From: an uncultured Chloroflexia bacterium
GTDB taxonomy: Bacteria; Chloroflexota; Limnocylindria; Limnocylindrales; CSP1-4
Direction of reading: 5' to 3'
DNA length: 64,000 nucleotides
NCBI GenBank assembly: GCA_963699965.1
Contig: CAVOVX010000006.1
Coordinates: 159,315-223,314 of the forward strand
Both the position numbers and the translations under genes were made by a program. Below are positions 16,625-26,388 of this stretch, piece after piece. Each line of letters starts with the position of its first letter. Position 1 is the first letter of the stretch. Below the pieces are notes generated by a model that saw only the letters and a program-made list of their open reading frames with translations, was not told the origin of the DNA and did not search any database.

Positions 16625-19600
16625 ATGGCCCGAGCCGCCGTCCACGGAGACCAGGGAGTCCAGGTCATGGCTGAGTCCGGCGCCGCGAATGCGGCAACCA
16701 CCCCAGCAGCCAGGAAGCAGACCCGCGACAAGACCCGTCACCACGGGCCGTACGGGGTCAGCTTCAACGGCCAGAACCCGGACGGCACGCCGGCCCGCGG
16801 TCTCACCTTCGAGCGGCGCTGGACCCGGCCGGGCGTCCACCCCTACGACGAGATCCGCTGGGAGACCCGGACCGCGAGCATCGGCAACGAGTCGGGCAAG
16901 CTCGTCTTCGAGCAGAAGGACGTCGAGGTCCCCGAGTTCTGGAGCCAGCTCGCGACGAACGTCGTCGTCAGCAAGTACTTCCGCGGCCACCTCAACACGC
17001 CCGAGCGCGAGACGAGCGTCCGCCAGCTGATCGACCGGGTCGTCAACACGATCGCGGCCTGGGCCGAGACCCAGCACTACTTCGCGACCGACGAGGATCT
17101 CAGGGCGTTCCAGGCCGAGCTCACCCACCTGCTCGTCCACCAGAAGATGGCGTTCAACTCGCCGGTCTGGTTCAACGTCGGGATCGAGGCCAGGCCACAG
17201 TGCTCGGCCTGCTTCATCAACTCGGTCCAGGACTCGATGAGCTCGATCATGGACCTCGCCAAGACCGAGGCGATGCTGTTCAAGTTCGGCTCGGGCGCGG
17301 GCAGCAACCTGAGCCCGATCCGGTCGAGCCGCGAGAAGATGTCGGGCGGCGGGACCGCGAGCGGCCCGGTCAGCTTCATGAAGGGCTACGACGCCTTCGC
17401 CGGCGTGGTGAAGTCGGGCGGCAAGACCCGCCGCGCGGCCAAGATGGTCATCCTCGACGCGGACCACCCGGACATCCTCGACTTCATCGACTCGAAGAAG
17501 CTCGAGGAGCAGAAGGCCTGGGCCCTGATCGAGATGGGCTACGACCCGAGCTTCACCGGCGAGGCCTACGGCTCGGTGTTCTTCCAGAACGCGAACCACA
17601 GCGTCCGGGTCACCGACGCGTTCATGCAGGCCGTGGTCGACGGCAAGGACTGGACGACCCACGCGGTCGTCGACGGCACGCCGATGGGAACCTACAAGGC
17701 CGCCGACATCTTCCGCCGGATGGCCGACGCCGCCCACCTCTGCGGCGACCCGGGGATCCAGTACGACACGACGATCAACGACTGGCACACGAGCGCGAAC
17801 ACCGACCGGATCTACGCGAGCAACCCGTGCTCCGAGTACATGTTCCTCAACGACACGGCCTGCTTCGCCCCGGAGACCAGGATCAGCACGCCGGACGGCC
17901 TGCGGACCGTCGAGGAGCTCTACCTCGCCCAGCAGCGCGGCGAGAAGATCAACGTCACGACGGACATCCTGAGCGAGACGGACCAGCGCCGGATGGCCGC
18001 CCACCGGGCCGCGCTGATCACTCTCGTCGGCGACCGCAAGGTCTACCGGATGACGCTCCAGGACGGCCGCTCGATCCGGGCGACCGGGGACCACCGCTTC
18101 CTGACCGACAACGGCGACTGGAAGCGGGTCGACCAGCTGACCGCCCAGGTCGATCGGATCCAGGTCCGTGAGTCAGGCAACACGGTCAACTTCAATTCGC
18201 CCGAGGAGGACGTCCGGCGCTGGCAGGTCCTCGGCTGGATGAGCGCCGACGGCGTGTTCAGCGGTGACGTTGCGGCGCTGGCCTTCGGGCCGACCGAGCA
18301 GTCGACCGCCGAGACGCTGACCGAGGAGCTCAACCGGCTGCTCGCCGAGGCGCGCGACCGCGAGGACACCGTCGAGGACCTCGAGCGCGGGCTCCGCGGC
18401 GGCACGGCCACCACCGACGACGGCGCGCTGACCGCGGTCTCGACCGGCCGCCGGGCCAGCGTCTCGGCCCAGTCCGGTGGCACGCTCCGAGTGACCGCCG
18501 AGTCGAGCGCGCTCGTCCGGATGCTCCAGGATCGCTATGGCCTGCGAGCCACCGCGGCGGCTGCCCGCAAGGACGTCCCGACCGAGGTCCACCGGGTCGC
18601 CGACGATCTCAAGGTTGCCTACCTCCAGGGTCTCTTCTCGGCCGACGCCACGATCCGCCTCGCCGGCGGCGGGGCCGGGCCGGAGGTCACCCTCGTGTCG
18701 AACGCGCCGGAGATGGTCCGGAGCGTCCAGCTCCTCCTGTCGGATCTCGGGATCGCCAGCCGGATCGCGCAGCCGAGCCTCGAGCCGTACGGCGCGGCGG
18801 ATGCCGGCGCGGACCTCCAGCTCCATGTCTACGGCGAGGCCGCCCGGCGGTTCCTCGCGCTCGTCGGTGCCCCGCTGTCACCCGACAAGCAGGCCCGCGC
18901 GGACTCGATCCTCGCCCACCCCTACGCGCGCGGGATCGGCAACCCGCGGGCCACGACGGTCGCCTCGATCGTCCCGGATGGCGTCGAGACCGTCTACGAC
19001 GTGACCGAGCCGGTGACCCATTCTCTCGTCGCCGAGGGGCTGATCGCCCACAACTGCAACCTGGCCAGCCTCAACCTGATGAAGTTCGTCGGCGAGGACG
19101 GCGAGTTCGACGTCGAGTCGTATCGCTACGCCGCCCGGCTGACGATCACCGCCCAGGAGATCCTCGTCGACAACGCGTCGTACCCGACCCCGCGGATCGA
19201 GGAGAACAGCCACAAGTTCCGGCCGCTCGGGCTCGGCTACGCCAATCTCGGCGCGCTGCTCATGAGCCGCGGCCTGGCCTACGACTCGCAGGAGGGCCGG
19301 GACTATGCCGCCGCGCTGACCGCGATCATGCATGGCGAGGCCTACCGCCAGAGCTCGGTCATCGCCCGCGACCACGGCGGCCCGTTCAGCGAGTACAAGA
19401 AGAACGAGCAGCCGTTCCTGCGCGTCATCGCGAAGCATCGCGACGCCGCGTATGCCATTCCGAAGGATGGTGTCCCGGCCGACATGCTCGAGGCGTCTCG
19501 CCGCGTCTTCGACGAGGCGCTCGAGCTGGGCCGGGAGCACGGCTACCGGAACGCCCAGGTCACGGTCCTGGCGCCGACCGGCACGATCGCCTTCATGATG

Positions 19601-20959
19601 GATTGCGACACGACCGGAATCGAGCCGGACATCGCGCTCATCAAGTACAAGAAGCTCGTCGGCGAGGGCTTCCTCAAGATCGTCAACCAGACCGTCCCGG
19701 CCGCGCTCAAGATGCTCGGCTACGGCGCCGAGCAGGTCGACGAGATCATCAGCTACGTCAACGAGCGCGAGACGATCGAGGGCGCACCGCACCTCAAGCC
19801 GCAGCACCTGGCGGTGTTCGACTGCGCGTTCAAGCCGGTCAACGGCGAGCGCTCGATCCACTACATGGGCCACGTCCGGATGATGGCGGCCGTCCAGCCG
19901 TTCATCTCGGGCGCGATCAGCAAGACCGTCAACATGCCCGAGGCGGCGACGCCCGAGGAGATCGAGAAGGTCTACCTCGAGGGCTGGAAGCTCGGCCTCA
20001 AGGCGATCGCGATCTATCGCGACGGCTCCAAGCGGAGCCAGCCGCTGAGCACCGGTAAGAAGAACTCTGACGAGGGGGCCGACGCCGGGGTGGTCGCCGA
20101 GCTACGGGCACAGCTCGCGACCGCCCAGGCGGAGGCGAAGAAGCCGCACCGCCGCCGCCTCCCGGCCGAGCGGACCGCGGTCACCCACAAGTTCGACGTC
20201 GCCGGCCACGAGGGCTACATCACCGTCGGGCTCTACCCGGACGGCCAGCCCGGCGAGATCTTCCTCAAGATGGCCAAGGAGGGCTCGACCGTGTCGGGCC
20301 TGATGGACACCGTCGCGACGTCGGTCAGCCTCGCCCTCCAGTACGGCGTGCCGCTGCGCGACCTCGTGAACAAGTTCGCCCATGTCCGGTTCGAGCCATC
20401 GGGCTTCACCGGCAACCAGGAGATCCCGATCGCGAAGTCGATCGTGGACTACGTCTTCCGCTGGCTCGGCAGTCGGTTCCTGCCGGCTGACGAACGGGCG
20501 CAGATCGGCCTGGTCGACCGCGGGGCGGTCGTGGATGCGCCGGCGCCAATCTCCTTCGGCGGCGGTTTCGGCGAGGGATCCTCCCCCTCGCCGACCGCCC
20601 CGAATCTCGAGGAAGGTCCGTCCGCAGTGGACGAGGCCATCGATCCGCCGACCGATCGGCCGACCGCGACCGCCGTCGCCGCCGACCCGGCACCTGCCGT
20701 GTCGACCCCGGCGCCGAAGGCCGAGCTCCCGGTCGTGACGAACGGCCACGCCGAGGGCAGCGCCAACGGCAACGGCAAGGCCAACGGGAACGGCAACGGC
20801 AACGCCCTGAGCGCGATCGCCGCCTCGCTCGGCACGACCAAGGTCGCCTTCACGGTCCAGGAGGACGCCCCGAGCTGCGCCGAATGCGGCTCGATCATGG
20901 TCCGCAACGGCAGCTGCTACAAGTGCCTCAACTGCGGCAGCACGAGCGGCTGCAGCTGA
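16625..20959 (+). CDS. nrdJ: Adenosylcobalamin-dependent (class II) ribonucleotide reductase NrdJ, intein-containing precursor
   Basis: 1444-aa ORF. Motifs are LATNVVVSKYFRG, the thiyl-radical loop SNPCSEYMF, and the C-terminal Cys cluster CAECGSIMVRNGSCYKCLNCG. A GGAGGAGTGAGGAACG Shine-Dalgarno region lies upstream. An alternative start is MAESG at 16667. Confidence 0.95.
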   Translation: MARAAVHGDQGVQVMAESGAANAATTPAARKQTRDKTRHHGPYGVSFNGQNPDGTPARGLTFERRWTRPGVHPYDEIRWETRTASIGNESGKLVFEQKDVEVPEFWSQLATNVVVSKYFRGHLNTPERETSVRQLIDRVVNTIAAWAETQHYFATDEDLRAFQAELTHLLVHQKMAFNSPVWFNVGIEARPQCSACFINSVQDSMSSIMDLAKTEAMLFKFGSGAGSNLSPIRSSREKMSGGGTASGPVSFMKGYDAFAGVVKSGGKTRRAAKMVILDADHPDILDFIDSKKLEEQKAWALIEMGYDPSFTGEAYGSVFFQNANHSVRVTDAFMQAVVDGKDWTTHAVVDGTPMGTYKAADIFRRMADAAHLCGDPGIQYDTTINDWHTSANTDRIYASNPCSEYMFLNDTACFAPETRISTPDGLRTVEELYLAQQRGEKINVTTDILSETDQRRMAAHRAALITLVGDRKVYRMTLQDGRSIRATGDHRFLTDNGDWKRVDQLTAQVDRIQVRESGNTVNFNSPEEDVRRWQVLGWMSADGVFSGDVAALAFGPTEQSTAETLTEELNRLLAEARDREDTVEDLERGLRGGTATTDDGALTAVSTGRRASVSAQSGGTLRVTAESSALVRMLQDRYGLRATAAAARKDVPTEVHRVADDLKVAYLQGLFSADATIRLAGGGAGPEVTLVSNAPEMVRSVQLLLSDLGIASRIAQPSLEPYGAADAGADLQLHVYGEAARRFLALVGAPLSPDKQARADSILAHPYARGIGNPRATTVASIVPDGVETVYDVTEPVTHSLVAEGLIAHNCNLASLNLMKFVGEDGEFDVESYRYAARLTITAQEILVDNASYPTPRIEENSHKFRPLGLGYANLGALLMSRGLAYDSQEGRDYAAALTAIMHGEAYRQSSVIARDHGGPFSEYKKNEQPFLRVIAKHRDAAYAIPKDGVPADMLEASRRVFDEALELGREHGYRNAQVTVLAPTGTIAFMMDCDTTGIEPDIALIKYKKLVGEGFLKIVNQTVPAALKMLGYGAEQVDEIISYVNERETIEGAPHLKPQHLAVFDCAFKPVNGERSIHYMGHVRMMAAVQPFISGAISKTVNMPEAATPEEIEKVYLEGWKLGLKAIAIYRDGSKRSQPLSTGKKNSDEGADAGVVAELRAQLATAQAEAKKPHRRRLPAERTAVTHKFDVAGHEGYITVGLYPDGQPGEIFLKMAKEGSTVSGLMDTVATSVSLALQYGVPLRDLVNKFAHVRFEPSGFTGNQEIPIAKSIVDYVFRWLGSRFLPADERAQIGLVDRGAVVDAPAPISFGGGFGEGSSPSPTAPNLEEGPSAVDEAIDPPTDRPTATAVAADPAPAVSTPAPKAELPVVTNGHAEGSANGNGKANGNGNGNALSAIAASLGTTKVAFTVQEDAPSCAECGSIMVRNGSCYKCLNCGSTSGCS
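17861..19054 (+). mobile_element. Intein (398 aa) with LAGLIDADG homing-endonuclease domain inside nrdJ
   Basis: The extein junctions read ...FLNDTA | CFAPETRISTPDG ... SLVAEGLIAHN | CNLASLNL. Block B is ATGDHRF. The LAGLIDADG-like motifs are LGWMSADGVF and LQGLFSADATI. The terminal HN is followed by a +1 Cys. Confidence 0.9.
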
Positions 20960-20982
20960 GGTCTTCCAACCGGCGAGATTGA

Positions 20983-21006
20983 GGGCTCAGGCTGGTGCCT
21001 GAGCCC
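20983..21006. terminator. Hairpin between convergent nrdJ and NTase-GNAT genes (possible bidirectional terminator)
   Basis: GGGCTCAGG-ctggtg-CCTGAGCCC, a 9-bp perfect stem, lies 24 nt after the nrdJ stop. The T-tracts are weak on both strands. Confidence 0.5.
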
Positions 21007-21033
21007 ATTGGTGGCGACGCCTTCCCGCTCGCC

Positions 21034-21995
21034 TCAGCCGTCGAGGCGGACGATGAACTCCTCGGACTCGGCCCCGCCGTCGGGCGACCAGCGATCCTCG
21101 CCGACGATCCTGAAGCCGCACTTCTCGAGGACCCGGAGCGAGCCGGTGTTGTGCTTCGCGACCCGCGCGTGGAGCGGCCGGGTCGGGTCGATCCCGAGAA
21201 AGATCGCCAGCGCCCGCGTCCCGATGCCGCGGCCCCAGAACTCGCGGCCGAGCCAGTAGCCGACGTCGCGCTCGCCGTCCGCCGTCCAGCTCACGATGCT
21301 GCCGGCCACCTGCCCGTCGACGACGATCGTCCGGTTCGTGATCGCCGGGTCGCTCCGGATCCGGCTCTCGTGGGCGACGAACGTGCCCCATTCGCGAGCC
21401 GGGAACGCCGCCATCTCGTTCGCCTCGGGGTCTCGCTGGTGCTCGAACAGGATCGGCAGGTCCTCGTCGATCGCCTCGCGCAGCTCGACGTCGAGGTCGT
21501 ACGGCGACTGCAGGCGCGTTCCGAGCCGGGCGTTCAGCAGGCGCATGTCGTGGAAGTCGGTCTCGCTCGGGACGTAGCCGTGGGCATGGCAGAGCATCTG
21601 GACGTCGGCGGTCAGGCAGCGAACCTCGCGACCGTCGACCAGGCCGCGGCCCTCGAAGCCGGCCGCCGGGAAGACCCAGTCGGCGCCGACTCCATCCGGT
21701 AGATGCCGTCGCCGGACTCGGCGAACCGGATCGCGTGAATGTCGACCTCGCGGCCGCGCGCGTCGCGCAGGACGAAGTTGATGTCGCGCCCACCCGGGAC
21801 CTCCGCGAACGCGTCGCGGGCCAGGGCTTCGCGGATCTCCGGGCGGTCGTCCTCGCGGACGATCAGGTCGAGGTCGCGGTGCGGTCGGGTCTGCTCGGCG
21901 AGCAGGGCGTCGACGGCCCAGCCCCCGTCGACCCAGGCGTCGATCCCGGCATCGTCCAGCCGATCGAGCACCTCGACGACGTCACTCGCGAGCAC
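21034..21995 (-). pseudogene. ANT(2'')/Lnu-like nucleotidyltransferase fused in frame to a GNAT N-acetyltransferase; one frameshift in the NTase part
   Basis: The NTase N-terminus is in ORF 21612..21995 (AGIDAWVDGGWAVDALL...HRDLDLIV...GDGIYRM). After a 1-nt shift near 21685 the frame reads DWVFPAAGFEGRGLVDGREVRCLTADVQMLCHAHGYVPSETDFHDMRLLNARLG. It then continues without a stop into the GNAT (LDVELREAIDEDLPILFEHQRDPEAN...GYWLGREFWGRGIGTRA...NTGSLRVLEKCGF). Confidence 0.7.
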
Positions 21996-22142
21996 ACGGA
22001 GAGTCTACGGGTCGAGATCGAACGGGCGGGAACCCTAGGACCGACGAGGCGAGCGAGGCCCTGTGCTTCTCGCCGAAGCGCGAGACGTCGTAGCGTTCGC
22101 TGATCAGGATTCGGACGAGGAGCAGCCGGAGAGGGGTGGACC

Positions 22143-22490
22143 ATGGAGACCGTCGCGGTCGTCCTGAGCGTGGCCGACGACATGGTGGACGAGTTCGAGC
22201 AGGGGTTTCGCGAGCACGAGCTGCCGATCTGGCAGGACTTCAACGCCCGGGGGGTGATGCTGACCGCGTCGCTGTCGAAGCTGGACATCTCGTCGAGATC
22301 GGTCGACGGGGCGACGCAGTACCTGATCGTCGTCCTGTTTGCGACCGGCGAGGGCCATCACGAACACGACAACGACTCGCGGTTCGCGGCCTGGAACCAG
22401 AGGGCCGACGTCTATCAGCTCACGGACGGAATGGCCTTCGGCGGCGAGACGATCCTCCGCGTCGGCCCGCCGGCGCCGGCTCCGGGTTGA
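22143..22490 (+). CDS. Hypothetical protein (115 aa)
   Basis: ATG-initiated ORF with non-biased composition, unlike the overlapping Arg/Pro-rich shadow ORFs. I do not recognise a family. Confidence 0.4.
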   Translation: METVAVVLSVADDMVDEFEQGFREHELPIWQDFNARGVMLTASLSKLDISSRSVDGATQYLIVVLFATGEGHHEHDNDSRFAAWNQRADVYQLTDGMAFGGETILRVGPPAPAPG

Positions 22491-22558
22491 CGGAGAAGGC
22501 TCGATCGAGCCGCACAACTGGACACGTCCTGTCGTGATCCCAGGAGAAGATTGGCCCC

Positions 22559-22990
22559 GTGGACACGTTCCCACCTGACGACTTCCTCGCGCCGTTCTCA
22601 CCCGACATCCGGGAGGCCACCGAGACCCTCCGCGCGGTCGTGAAGCGCGCGGTCCCCGACGTGCTCGAGCGCGTACGCCTCGGCTGGAACCTGATCGGCT
22701 ACGACCTGCCGGTCGGCCGGCGGACGGTGTTCTTCGCCTACATCGCGCCGGAGCCGATCCACGTCCATCTCGGATTCGAGTTCGGGACCCTGATGGCCGA
22801 TCCGGATCGGCGTCTCGAGGGCGCGCACCTCAACCTGAAGAAGGTCCGCTACCTGACGTTCCGCCCCGGTGAGGCGATCCCCGAGCCCGCGCTCGTCGAG
22901 CTGACCCTCGAGGCCGCTCGTCTCGGGAGGCTGACCCGCCAGGAGCGTTTGGCCCTTGCCCTCGACCGCGACTGGGCGCCGGGTCGCTGA
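22559..22990 (+). CDS. DUF1801 (YdhG-like) domain protein
   Basis: The layout LRAVVKRAVPDVLERVRLGWNLIGYDL...VFFAYIAPEPIHVHLGFEFG...LKKVRYLTF matches my memory of DUF1801 proteins. Confidence 0.55.
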   Translation: MDTFPPDDFLAPFSPDIREATETLRAVVKRAVPDVLERVRLGWNLIGYDLPVGRRTVFFAYIAPEPIHVHLGFEFGTLMADPDRRLEGAHLNLKKVRYLTFRPGEAIPEPALVELTLEAARLGRLTRQERLALALDRDWAPGR

Positions 22991-23007
22991 CCGAAGGCGA
23001 TCGGACC

Positions 23008-23385
23008 CTACAGGAACCAGAACACGATTGCGACGAGCGGCGGCCCGGCCTGCACCAGACCCGCCCGGACGAACCGGCGGTCGGTGAACATCAGGATCAG
23101 CCCGGCCAGCGCCATGCTGCCGCAGGCGAACAGGATGAGCGCCCGCCCGGCTTCGACGTCGCCGAGGTTGAGGACGAGGACGCCGCCGACCGCGCCGATC
23201 GCCAGGAACAGGTTGTAGAAGCCCTGGTTGAAGAAGATCGGCCGGAGGAGCTCGGCGTCGCGCTGCGACTCGACGAAGAAGCGCCGCCACGTCGTCGGCT
23301 CGGCGAACCGCGCACTCTCGAGGACGAAGATGAAGACGTGGATCGCTGCGGCGAGCAGCGCGGCCGCCTGGGCGACGGGGTTCAT
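23008..23385 (-). CDS. DUF1304 family membrane protein
   Basis: 125 aa with 4 TM segments and the motifs HVFIFVLES...NQGFYNLFLAIG. Confidence 0.75.
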   Translation of the reverse strand: MNPVAQAAALLAAAIHVFIFVLESARFAEPTTWRRFFVESQRDAELLRPIFFNQGFYNLFLAIGAVGGVLVLNLGDVEAGRALILFACGSMALAGLILMFTDRRFVRAGLVQAGPPLVAIVFWFL

Positions 23386-23538
23386 CGAGCCTGCCGACCG
23401 CGTGCCATGGCGGTCATGCTAGCGCCGATGAGTTGGCCCGCGTGGACTCATAGCGGCGCCAACCCCCCGGAACGTATCCTCACCCCACGCGTGGACTAGC
23501 GGTCGTCGACCGGCACCACCACCAATCGGGAGCGCGAC

Positions 23539-24510
23539 GTGCCCCAGTTCGACCTACCGCTCGCCGAGCTTCGCGCCTATTCGCCCGATCTGCCCGAACC
23601 GGCGGATCTCGATCGGTTCTGGTCGACGACCCTGGCCGAGGCCCGCGCTCACGACCTCGGCGCGACGTTCGCCCCGATCGACAACGGCCTGGCCGCGATC
23701 GAGACCTTCGACGTGACCTATGCCGGGTTCGGCGGATCGCCGATCCGCGCCTGGCTCCACCTGCCGGCCGGTCGAGGCGGTCCAATCCCGGCAGTCGTGG
23801 AGTACCTCGGCTACGGCGGCGGCCGAGGCCTCGCCCACGAGCGGATCCTGTGGGCGGCGGCCGGCTACGCCCACTTTGTCATGGATACCCGCGGCCAGGG
23901 CTCGAGCTGGGCGGTCGGTGACACGCCCGACCCCGACTTGACCGGCCAGCCGGCCCAGCCCGGGTTCATGACCCAGGGAATCCTCGACCCGGCGACCTAC
24001 TATTACCGGCGCGTGTACACCGATGCCGTGCGGGCGGTCGAGGCGGTCCGGAGCCACCCGGCCGTCGACCAGACGAGGGTCGCTGTCACCGGTGGGAGCC
24101 AGGGCGGGGGTCTGTCGATCGCCGCGGCAAGCCTCGCCGACGGCCTGATCGCGGCGATGCCCGACGTCCCGTTCCTGAGCGACTTCCCTCGCGCGCTCAC
24201 GCTCAGGGATGAGGATCCGTACGCCGAGATCGGCCGCTACCTCAAGGCCCACCGCGACCACGTCGATCGGGCGCTGGCGACCCTCGCCTACTTCGACGTG
24301 TCGATCCTCGGCCGGCGGGCCAGCGCCCCGGCCCTGTTCTCGGTCGGGCTGATGGACGAGATCTGCCCGCCGTCAACGGTCTACGCGGCGTTCAACCGGT
24401 ACGGCGGTCCGAAGGAGATCCAGGAGTACCAGTTCAACGACCACGAGGGTGGCGAGGGCTTCCACGACGTCGTGAAGTTCCGCTGGCTCCGCGAACGCCT
24501 GCTCGGCTGA
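23539..24510 (+). CDS. Acetyl xylan esterase / cephalosporin-C deacetylase (carbohydrate esterase family 7)
   Basis: 323 aa. Motifs are FWSTTLAEA, the nucleophile elbow VAVTGGSQGGGLS, YFDV, and DEICPPSTVYAAFN...HEGG. Confidence 0.9.
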   Translation: MPQFDLPLAELRAYSPDLPEPADLDRFWSTTLAEARAHDLGATFAPIDNGLAAIETFDVTYAGFGGSPIRAWLHLPAGRGGPIPAVVEYLGYGGGRGLAHERILWAAAGYAHFVMDTRGQGSSWAVGDTPDPDLTGQPAQPGFMTQGILDPATYYYRRVYTDAVRAVEAVRSHPAVDQTRVAVTGGSQGGGLSIAAASLADGLIAAMPDVPFLSDFPRALTLRDEDPYAEIGRYLKAHRDHVDRALATLAYFDVSILGRRASAPALFSVGLMDEICPPSTVYAAFNRYGGPKEIQEYQFNDHEGGEGFHDVVKFRWLRERLLG

Positions 24511-24529
24511 CGGGGCCCCGACCCCAGGG

Positions 24530-25259
24530 TCATGGCTGGCCGCCGCCTGCGGACGCGCGGACGAGCCGCACGGCCTCGGCCACCCCGCCGGTCCAGGGCT
24601 GGCCGTGGCCGGGCAGGACGAGCGTCGCCTCGATGCCCTCGAGCCGGGCGAGCGACGCGACGGCCTGCGCGCGGTCGGCGGTGAACGGGGCGACCTGCGG
24701 CCCGGACGCGCCGGTCGTCACGGCGTAGGTCGCGAGGGCATCCCCGATGAACAGGGCGCTCCGGCTCGGCGACGTGGAGCGCGGCGCTGCCTGGCGTGTG
24801 ACCCGGCACGAGGATCACCTGCGGGGCGCCCGGCACGTCGAGGGTGGCCCCGTCGCCGAACGTCGAGACCTCGACGAGGCGCGGGATCCGGAGCCCGCCC
24901 TTGCGCATCGTGTACCACAGGAACTCGATGAGCGGCCGGATCCGTGTCGGGCCGAGGCCCTTGGCCGGGTTGGGGACCTCGCCGCGGGCGAGGGCGGCGT
25001 CCGCCTCGTGGACGCTGACGGGGACGTTGCGCTCCTTCCGCAGCCGCTCCGCGAAGCCAATGTGGTCGCTGTGGCCGTGGGTCAGCACGAGCGCCTTGAC
25101 GTCGCCCAGCGACCGGCCCATCGCGGCCAGCTCGGCCGGGAGCTCGCCGTAGTAGCCGGGCACGCCGGCGTCGATGATCGTCACCGCGCCGGCCTCCTCG
25201 ACGAGGTAGGCGTTGACGAGCCCCTTACCGAGTCTCCGGATCCCGCTCGCGATCTCCAT
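24530..25259 (-). pseudogene. MBL-fold metallo-hydrolase, frameshifted near 24757
   Basis: The N-terminal frame carries the motifs LVLTHGHSDHIG and VPGHTPGSAALHV. After the shift the frame reads ALFIGDALATYAVTTGASGPQVAPF...LVLPGHGQPW (ORF 24530..24721). Confidence 0.8.
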
Positions 25260-25274
25260 GGCGCTGCCCTCGCT

Positions 25275-25770
25275 TCAGCCGGCGGCCGCCGGCTCACCCT
25301 CCGGTTGGCTGACGTCGACGACCGCCGCGTCCAGCGCGCGGACGAGGTCGGCCGGGGCGAGATGGACGTTGACCCCGCGGAGGCCGCCGCCGATCGCGAC
25401 GGTCGGCCGGTCGGCCACCGAGGCGTCGACGATCACCGGCCAGGCCCGCGACGCTCCGAACGGCGTGATTGCGCCAGCGTTCGTAGCCGGTCGCCTCGCG
25501 AGCCTCGTCCGCGTCGGGTAGCGACAGCCGGCTCACGCCGAGATGCGCGCGGAGCTTCGGCCAGTCGAACCGCCGGCCGCCGGGCACGAGCACGAGCACG
25601 TAGTCATCCTCGCCCCGCCGCACGACGATCGTCCGGAGGAGCGACCCGAGCTCGATCCCCTGGAGCTCCGCGCTTTCCTCGGCGCTCCGTGCCGGCTCCG
25701 TCCGCACGACCCGATACGGGACGTCGATGCCGGCCATCGCCGGGATCGTGTCCTCCTCGGCCTTACGCAT
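25275..25770 (-). pseudogene. YbaK/aminoacyl-tRNA editing (deacylase) domain protein, frameshifted at 25476
   Basis: The sequence runs VLVLVPGGRRFDWPKLRAHLGV...ATGYER, then an extra base (A at 25476 on the + strand). The conserved GAITPFGASRAWPVIVDASVADRPTVAIGGGLRGVNVHL follows, ending with TGA at 25277..25275. An alternative start is at 25737. Confidence 0.75.
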
Positions 25771-25876
25771 CGAGCAAGGGTAGCGCCGGGCGAGCGAGTC
25801 GGGTTGTCGTGCCGGGCCTGGTCCCCGTGCCGATTTGGCGTTCCATTCGGACCCGCCGTCGTGCATCCTGATCGGG

Positions 25877-26374
25877 ATGACCGCCGATGCGCCGTTCCTG
25901 CTCTCGATCGCCGCGCTGAGCGCCAGCCTCGCCGGGCTGGCCGGTCTCGTCGCCGCGCTTCGCCGCGGCGAGGGCCTGTCGACGCACGACCGGTACCGGC
26001 TGCACCAGATCGTCGAGTTCTGCTTCGCGAACATCCTCCTCGCCGTCTCGATGATCCCGCTGACCTCACTGACCGGTGATGTCGAGAGGAGCATCCGGAT
26101 CGGCGGCGCGCTTGCGTTCGTCTACATGATCGTGGCGGCCGCCGTACTGATCCGGCGCGCCCGCCAACTCGACATCCGGATGCAGCGCGACTGGATCCTC
26201 ATCGTCCTGGCCCTCAACATCGGCGCGCTGGTGACCTCGGCCGTGGCGGCCCTCACCGGAAGCGTCGGCGCGTTCCAGGCCTTGCTCGTCATCCTGCTCG
26301 CCCGACCGATGGTCGCCTTCCTGTTCGTCCTGTCGTCGTTCGAGACGGGCGGCGACCGCAGCCCCTCAGGCTGA
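25877..26374 (+). CDS. Hypothetical integral membrane protein (about 5 TM)
   Basis: Hydrophobic segments run throughout. The ORF is open from 25835; I chose the ATG at 25877 (MTADAPFLL). Confidence 0.5.
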   Translation: MTADAPFLLSIAALSASLAGLAGLVAALRRGEGLSTHDRYRLHQIVEFCFANILLAVSMIPLTSLTGDVERSIRIGGALAFVYMIVAAAVLIRRARQLDIRMQRDWILIVLALNIGALVTSAVAALTGSVGAFQALLVILLARPMVAFLFVLSSFETGGDRSPSG

Positions 26375-26388
26375 CGCCCTCGGGGTCG

